A program made the position numbers and the translations under genes. A stretch of DNA of 64,000 nt. Source: Candidatus Omnitrophota bacterium. Its GTDB lineage: Bacteria > Omnitrophota > Gorgyraeia > 2-01-FULL-45-10. Shown here piece after piece: positions 59,337 to 64,000 of this stretch. Position 1 is the first letter of the stretch. Each line of letters begins with the position of its first letter. Where the stretch lies: positions 6,604-70,603 of the forward strand of contig JAUYOL010000007.1 in assembly GCA_030695905.1 (NCBI GenBank), read 5' to 3'. Below the pieces are notes generated by a model that worked only from the letters and a program-made list of their open reading frames with translations, ran no database searches and was not told the origin of the DNA.

Positions 59337-59684
59337 ATGAAGATAAAAAATATATGGCTTACAGCGGTTTTTATATGCTTATTGCCGGTATTATCCCAAT
59401 GTGATGAAGGGGGGTATAATAAAATAGGAGATGTTTCTGTTCCTGATAGTATGGAGGTTATTAAGGAGGGAGATGTGAATGTCTTGGTACCTAAAGGGGG
59501 ACAGTTAAAGCAGGAAAGCAGCTTCCTGGTAAAAGAGGTACCGGATGAGTACGCCTCGCGTAAATTTATAGCGATGGAAGGCTATTTTAATGAGATCCGA
59601 ATGGAGCTTGAAGCGCAGGGGAAAGAACTAAAAGAATTAAGAGAAATCGTAGATAGGATTGCGCAAGAAAAAATAGCCAAGTGA
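59337..59684 (+). CDS. hypothetical secreted/lipoprotein
   Basis: signal peptide ...LPVLSQC; 115 aa. Confidence 0.35.
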   Translation: MKIKNIWLTAVFICLLPVLSQCDEGGYNKIGDVSVPDSMEVIKEGDVNVLVPKGGQLKQESSFLVKEVPDEYASRKFIAMEGYFNEIRMELEAQGKELKELREIVDRIAQEKIAK

Positions 59685-59703
59685 CCCCACCAGAAATATC
59701 TTT

Positions 59704-60291
59704 CTATTCTAACCTGGTTAGATTTGCCAGGTTAAAAGGGAAAATATACGAATAAGTTTTTTGTCGTTCCTCATCGGTTACACCTAAGTTGATATATACT
59801 TCAGATTTATCTATCAAGTCATTTTTTTCTCCAGATAGGTAAGTACGTGCTCCTGAATAATTCCAGTCAGTCGAGTTTTTGCATAGACCTGCTCTTACAG
59901 GGTTTAAATCTATATAACGCATTACTGCAAGCAATTGAGTGTCATTTTTTACCAATTCTCCATAAAAGCGATCTTCCCAAAAATGTCCCTTTCTTTCATA
60001 ATGCTCATTATGCCATCGCGCATACCATCTATTGATGGAGTGCATTATTGCAGAAATATTTTCAGTATCAACAAGTTTAATAAGCAGGTGCGTATGGTTA
60101 TGCATAATGACATAATCGTAAAGCAAGAAACCATATTTAATTTTGCACTTTTTAAGAATACTAAGATACTTAACAAAAGCATAGTCGTCGGTGATGAGGT
60201 TTTGTTTATTATTACATCGCGTTGTGATATGGCATATTGCATTTTTAAAGTTGAACCGCTCACGTTTTCCATGAGTTATCGTTACAGCCAT
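59704..60291 (-). CDS. REP-associated tyrosine transposase (RayT-like, COG1943)
   Basis: as above; the last 11 codons are encoded by the REP sequence itself. Confidence 0.75.
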   Translation of the reverse strand: MAVTITHGKRERFNFKNAICHITTRCNNKQNLITDDYAFVKYLSILKKCKIKYGFLLYDYVIMHNHTHLLIKLVDTENISAIMHSINRWYARWHNEHYERKGHFWEDRFYGELVKNDTQLLAVMRYIDLNPVRAGLCKNSTDWNYSGARTYLSGEKNDLIDKSEVYINLGVTDEERQKTYSYIFPFNLANLTRLE

Positions 60292-60334
60292 AAGTTACCC
60301 CTCCATTCTAACCTGGTTAGACTTGTCAGGTTAG
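59704..60334 (-). mobile_element. RAYT-type (REP-associated tyrosine transposase, IS200/IS605 Y1 family) gene flanked by REP-like palindromes
   Basis: ORF 59704-60291 with HNHTHLL HuH motif and RYIDLNPVRAGL...DWNYSG; flanking TTCTAACCTGGTTAGAtTTGcCAGGTTA (59707-59734) and TTCTAACCTGGTTAGAcTTGtCAGGTTAG (60306-60334). Confidence 0.75.
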
Positions 60335-61872
60335 CCCCACAGGTTTCTGTCCAGACTGCGGTAGGAGATGGCTTCGGAGATGTGATGTGCTTCGATGGTA
60401 TCTTTTTCATCAAGGTCCGCTATTGTCCTGGATACTTTAAGGATTTTATCATAGGCTCTCGCGGAAATACCCAGTTCTAATATAGCCAATTTCAGCAGCT
60501 CTTCAGCCTCTTTATCAAGAATGCAGTATTTTTCCAACTCCTTCGATTCCAGGTGGGCGTTAAACAGCACGCCGTCATCCTTGAGGCGTTTTTTCTGAAT
60601 CGCCTTTGCCATATCTACGCGCTTTCTTATTTCCCCGGAGGGCTCGCCGCGTCTTTTGTTCGTGAGATTTTCATATTTAAGCCTTGGCACCTCCAGGTGT
60701 ATATCGATTCTATCGAGAAGCGGCCCTGATATTTTTGATAAATAATTCTGGATCTGAAAAGGCGTGCAGTGGCATCCTCTTTTTGGATCGGTAAAGTATC
60801 CGCACGGGCATGGGTTCATAGCGGCGACGAGCATAAATTTGGCGGGATATGTCAATTTATTCGCCACCCTTGCTATAGTGACAAGACCATCTTCCATAGG
60901 CTGCCTTAATACGCCGAGCACGTTTCTTTTAAATTCCGGCAGCTCGTCCAGAAATAGCACTCCGTTATGAGCCAGGCTTATTTCGCCCGGTGTTGGATTC
61001 GTGCCGCCGCCCAATAGCGCCGCGTCAGAAATTGTGTGGTGGGGAGACCTGAACGGGCGCGTTCCTACAATGACTTTATCAGACGGCAGGATCCCCGCGA
61101 CGCTGTGTATGCCGGAAGTTTCCAGCCCTTCTTCAAGCGTCATTTCAGATAGTATTGTGGGCAGCCTCTTGGCTAACATGCTTTTTCCCGAGCCCGGCGG
61201 CCCTATTAAAAGGGCATTGTGCCCTCCGGCAGCGGCGACCTCCAGGCCTCTTTTTACATGTTCCTGGCCCTTAACGTCGCTAAAGTCCTGCTTGTATTTG
61301 GAGTTTCTTTTAAATATGGATTCGGCGTTGGCCTGTTCCTGTTTTATCGTTATCTTTTTGTTTAAAAAATCCACGGCTTCTTTTAGGCTTGAGACAGGGT
61401 AAACCTCAATATCTTTTACCGTAGAAGCTTCTTTGGAGTTTTCTTTTGGAAGTACGAATATTTTTTTATTCATTTTTTTCAGCGCTATGGCTATCGGCAA
61501 AGCGCCTTTAATAGGTTTTATCTTTCCATCTAAAGAGAGTTCGCCGCAGAATATATATTCGTTTAAAGAGGTAAAATCTATGACTTTTTCCGTGGAGAGG
61601 ATGGAAAGCGCTATCGGCAGATCGAACGACGCGCCCTCTTTTCTTATATCCGCGGGGGCGAGGTTCACTATTATCTTTGTAGAAGGGAAGGAGAATCCGG
61701 AATTTTTAATGGCCGATTTTATGCGGTCACGCGATTCTTTTATCGCCACATCGGGCAGGCCCACTATGCCGAAATGGGGAAGGCCTCCTCCGATATCAAC
61801 CTCTGCGGTTACTTCATACGCATCTACTCCTAATACACAACCTGAACAAATCTTCGCAATCATTTTTATCAC
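60331..61872 (-). CDS. comM: Mg-chelatase-like AAA+ ATPase YifB/ComM
   Basis: N-terminal Lon-like domain (GIVGLPDVAIKESRDRI); AAA+ with Walker A GPPGSGKS; C-terminal helical domain. Confidence 0.9.
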   Translation of the reverse strand: MIKMIAKICSGCVLGVDAYEVTAEVDIGGGLPHFGIVGLPDVAIKESRDRIKSAIKNSGFSFPSTKIIVNLAPADIRKEGASFDLPIALSILSTEKVIDFTSLNEYIFCGELSLDGKIKPIKGALPIAIALKKMNKKIFVLPKENSKEASTVKDIEVYPVSSLKEAVDFLNKKITIKQEQANAESIFKRNSKYKQDFSDVKGQEHVKRGLEVAAAGGHNALLIGPPGSGKSMLAKRLPTILSEMTLEEGLETSGIHSVAGILPSDKVIVGTRPFRSPHHTISDAALLGGGTNPTPGEISLAHNGVLFLDELPEFKRNVLGVLRQPMEDGLVTIARVANKLTYPAKFMLVAAMNPCPCGYFTDPKRGCHCTPFQIQNYLSKISGPLLDRIDIHLEVPRLKYENLTNKRRGEPSGEIRKRVDMAKAIQKKRLKDDGVLFNAHLESKELEKYCILDKEAEELLKLAILELGISARAYDKILKVSRTIADLDEKDTIEAHHISEAISYRSLDRNLWG

Positions 61873-61895
61873 TCCTTGACTGTTAGCCCGCAGGC

Positions 61896-62273
61896 TTATA
61901 TATAATCGTCTTCAACAGCGTTCTCTATAAGCTCTATGTTTTCTAATTTATGTTCATGATTTAATTTTACCGAAACTATGTCTATTCTCCATGCTGCACG
62001 CAATAGACTGTTGCACTTTAAATAGAAGAGCGCGTTTTTTATTATGTGCCGCTCTTTAAATTTTGTTATTGCCAGATACGGGGGGCCAAGAGAAGATGTG
62101 GCGCGTGTTTTTACTTCCACAAAGACTATAAGATCTTTTAGCTTGGCCACAATATCTATTTCGCCGAATATTGTGCGAAAATTACGCCTTAGTATCCTGT
62201 AGCCTTTTTTCTTGAGGTATGACGCGGCCAGCTCTTCGCCTACGCTACCCGTCACCTTCTTCTCCCGGCCCAT
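61896..62273 (-). CDS. yraN: YraN/UPF0102-family endonuclease
   Basis: GEELAASYLKKKGYRILRRNFR...GEIDIV...FVEVK pattern. Confidence 0.8.
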   Translation of the reverse strand: MGREKKVTGSVGEELAASYLKKKGYRILRRNFRTIFGEIDIVAKLKDLIVFVEVKTRATSSLGPPYLAITKFKERHIIKNALFYLKCNSLLRAAWRIDIVSVKLNHEHKLENIELIENAVEDDYI

Positions 62274-62277
62274 AAAA

Positions 62278-62541
62278 TTAACTCCCGTATGCTTCCAGAA
62301 CGAGCCTCTCGACCTCGTCCATTACCTCTTTATTTAGAGGGATCACAGTCTTGTACCATTTGCCGTCTTTTCCGGCTTCTGACGGCATGCTGACAAACAA
62401 GCCTTTTTCGCCCTCGACAACCCGCAGCCCCTTGATCACGAAACTATCGAGCACAGAAAGATCGCAGAATGCTTTTGTAGCGCTGTTGCCATCGAGCTTG
62501 TGCAGCCTTGATACTTCCAGCTTCAGGTCTTCGGTTACCAT
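62278..62541 (-). CDS. spoVG: septation/regulatory protein SpoVG
   Basis: VIKGLRVVEGEKGLFVSMPS core motif; 87 aa; RBS GGGGGTG. Confidence 0.9.
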   Translation of the reverse strand: MVTEDLKLEVSRLHKLDGNSATKAFCDLSVLDSFVIKGLRVVEGEKGLFVSMPSEAGKDGKWYKTVIPLNKEVMDEVERLVLEAYGS

Positions 62542-62567
62542 ATTTTCACCCCCTTTCCATACGTTTT

Positions 62568-62614
62568 ATCCCTACTATATAAGACGTAAAAAGGGTCGAA
62601 ATTGTTGCAAACTT
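62568..62614 (-). repeat. 47-bp promoter-like motif, copy 1 (minus strand TTTGCAACAATTTCGACCCTTTTTACGTCTTATATAGTAGG)
   Basis: ~90% identical to copy 2 at 63213-63258; lies upstream of spoVG. Confidence 0.8.
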
Positions 62615-62707
62615 TTTTAAAATATTTTTAATTTAGGTTGTAACTGATTGTATTGCAATGGTTTAGCAAAGCAGTGTTTGCGGGATGGTAATCAATATTG
62701 GTGTGTT

Positions 62708-63157
62708 TTACAGCCGGTTTTTTGGATTTGAATCGAGAGCGCTTAGTATCCTGGACGCTTCTTTTTCTCCGCCTTTTTTCCATGCTTCGTATATCATGAC
62801 CAGCATCTTGGTGGATTTAGCGTCAACTATCCACTTTATACCCAAAAGCGTAGTAGCTACGAGTAGTTGTATAAAATACTGAGGAGTAATAAACGACAGA
62901 ATAAAAGATATCGCGGCAAGAATTAAGTAAACATTCAGCTTCTTCATAAAATCACCCTTTCCTTTTTTGAAATTTCTACCTTTATTAAATATCTTTACAG
63001 ATTCATACGCAGAAACTATGCTTTCAAGGCACTCCGGGCAGCAGGCGATATGATCCTCGATTCTTATTTTATTTTCGCCGGTGATACCGCGGCTAAGATA
63101 GTCCGCAAGCTCAATCTCTGTTGGGTGTATTTTTGTGTCTGTTTTAACATTAGTCAT
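62708..63157 (-). CDS. membrane anti-sigma factor with zf-HC2 zinc finger
   Basis: HIACCPECLESI zinc-finger motif; one TM; follows the ECF sigma gene. Confidence 0.65.
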   Translation of the reverse strand: MTNVKTDTKIHPTEIELADYLSRGITGENKIRIEDHIACCPECLESIVSAYESVKIFNKGRNFKKGKGDFMKKLNVYLILAAISFILSFITPQYFIQLLVATTLLGIKWIVDAKSTKMLVMIYEAWKKGGEKEASRILSALDSNPKNRL

Positions 63158-63202
63158 GAATTTTTCTCCTTTTTGCCCTATGGTCCTGCACTGCTACGAA
63201 CC

Positions 63203-63874
63203 CTATGCTCCTACTATATAAGACGTAAAAAGTGCCAAAATTGTTGCAAAAATAATTAAAAAAGTTTTCAGGTCCTTCAATGAAACCTTGAGTTTCTCCT
63301 TGGCCCTCTTTATATAATTTGATACAGTGCCCTTAGGCATATTGAGCATATCAGCTATATCATGGTATTTTTTATCATGGATAAGATGAAGTTTTATTAT
63401 AATTTTTTCGCGGGAGGGCAGCGCTTTAATGGCACGGTCTATTCTTTGGGCAAGTTCAGTTTCAACATTGTCATGCTCGGGCTTCATGTCTTTGGATGGA
63501 ATAAGATCGGCAAACTCTTTTTCATCCTGACATTTTTCATGTATAGAGATCGCTTGAAGGCGTTCTTTCGTATCGCTTTTGCGTATATAATTTATAGCGG
63601 CATTTCCCGATACTATGGCTATCCAGCATGATATGTCGCCGGTATTAACTATATTCTTTAATTTTTCCTCGTGCCAGATTGATGTGAAAATATCCTGGCG
63701 GATATCCTCTATTTCATTAGTGGGAAGTGAGGTACCGTATTTTTTCAGCCTGTTATCTATGGATATATATACTAACTTGGAATATTTTGATATAAGGCAA
63801 GACCATGCCTTCAGGTCTTTTTTTACGCAGGCCTCAACTATATAGCGGTCATCTTCCGGATATTCATTTCCCAT
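63203..63874 (-). CDS. ECF-type RNA polymerase sigma factor
   Basis: region 2 (LISKYSKLVYISIDNRL...DIRQDIFTSIW) and region 4 HTH (KYHDIADMLNMPKGTVSNYIKRAKEKL). Confidence 0.8.
   Translation of the reverse strand: MGNEYPEDDRYIVEACVKKDLKAWSCLISKYSKLVYISIDNRLKKYGTSLPTNEIEDIRQDIFTSIWHEEKLKNIVNTGDISCWIAIVSGNAAINYIRKSDTKERLQAISIHEKCQDEKEFADLIPSKDMKPEHDNVETELAQRIDRAIKALPSREKIIIKLHLIHDKKYHDIADMLNMPKGTVSNYIKRAKEKLKVSLKDLKTFLIIFATILALFTSYIVGA
63213..63258 (-). repeat. 47-bp promoter-like motif, copy 2
   Basis: TTTGCAACAATTTTGGCACTTTTTACGTCTTATATAGTAGG on the minus strand, between the sigma and anti-sigma genes (overlaps the annotated 3' end of the sigma ORF). Confidence 0.8.
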
Positions 63875-64000
63875 TAAATTGATACGATATCACGGTTTCC
63901 GTCGGCGGGTCAAGAGAAATTAGCTTACAGCAAGGCGTGTTTAATTATCCGCCAATATATACCTTCTCTCCATTAATCGTTACTTTTAGTCCGGCGGCTG

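Noticed and set aside
59707-60334. Possibility that the repeated TTCTAACCTGGTTAGA... elements are CRISPR repeats
   Set aside because: Only three copies, separated by 0.6 kb and 23 kb, with no regular spacers or cas genes. The internal nested palindromes and RAYT association fit REP elements.
62568-63258. Sigma-54 promoter reading of the 47-bp duplicated motif (TGGCAC in copy 2)
   Set aside because: Copy 1 lacks the GG dinucleotide and neither copy has a correctly spaced -12 TTGC. An ECF-type or sigma-70-type promoter is more plausible.

Overview
This 64-kb window reads as a chromosomal segment from a diderm (Gram-negative-type) bacterium, because it carries BamD, LptE, Lnt, MurJ, SecA and a secretin. 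GC is moderate to low and RBSs are strong. An affiliation with an uncultivated lineage such as Omnitrophota is only a low-confidence guess. Most of the first 32 kb is a densely packed + strand housekeeping block. It runs gpmA, purH, folC, mnmE, folE, accA, nfo, leuS, comEA/comEC, bamD-like, lptE, holA, murJ, a UvrC homolog, prfB (with its programmed +1 frameshift), secA and lnt. Four things interrupt that block. (i) A small islet sits between tRNA-Ala(GGC) and tRNA-Leu(CAA); it holds only minus-strand genes (an XRE-HTH/ImmA-peptidase pair, a sigma-70 region-2 fragment, a ParB-like HTH fragment) and looks like a degraded integrated element. (ii) From 32.6 to 46.4 kb lies an accessory surface/secretome locus. 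It has two giant modular proteins (1255 and 2216 aa) with FG-GAP propeller, Ig-like, InlB-B-repeat, beta-helix, CBM-like and a shared (alpha/alpha)6 glycosidase-like domain. It also has a 287-aa secreted protein whose C-terminal half is homologous to the C-terminus of the 2216-aa giant and whose mature N-terminus matches that of a 454-aa CBM protein. A 274-aa chaperone-like periplasmic protein sits between them. (iii) Immediately downstream is a complete type II secretion system: GspE, F, G, H, I, J, K, L, M, an ExeA-like ATPase, a GspC/PilP-like protein, and a GspD secretin that carries an unusual C-terminal TonB_C-like domain. A MerR-family regulator gene with a double palindromic operator is embedded in the cluster. 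(iv) A REP-associated tyrosine transposase (RAYT) is flanked by REP-like palindromes, with a third REP copy at 36.4 kb. The 3' end is a minus-strand block: comM/yifB, yraN, spoVG, anti-sigma and ECF sigma, with a duplicated 47-bp promoter-like motif. The strongest candidate for something undescribed is the subunit / chaperone-like / giant tip-like protein set next to the T2SS; this is inference from sequence only.
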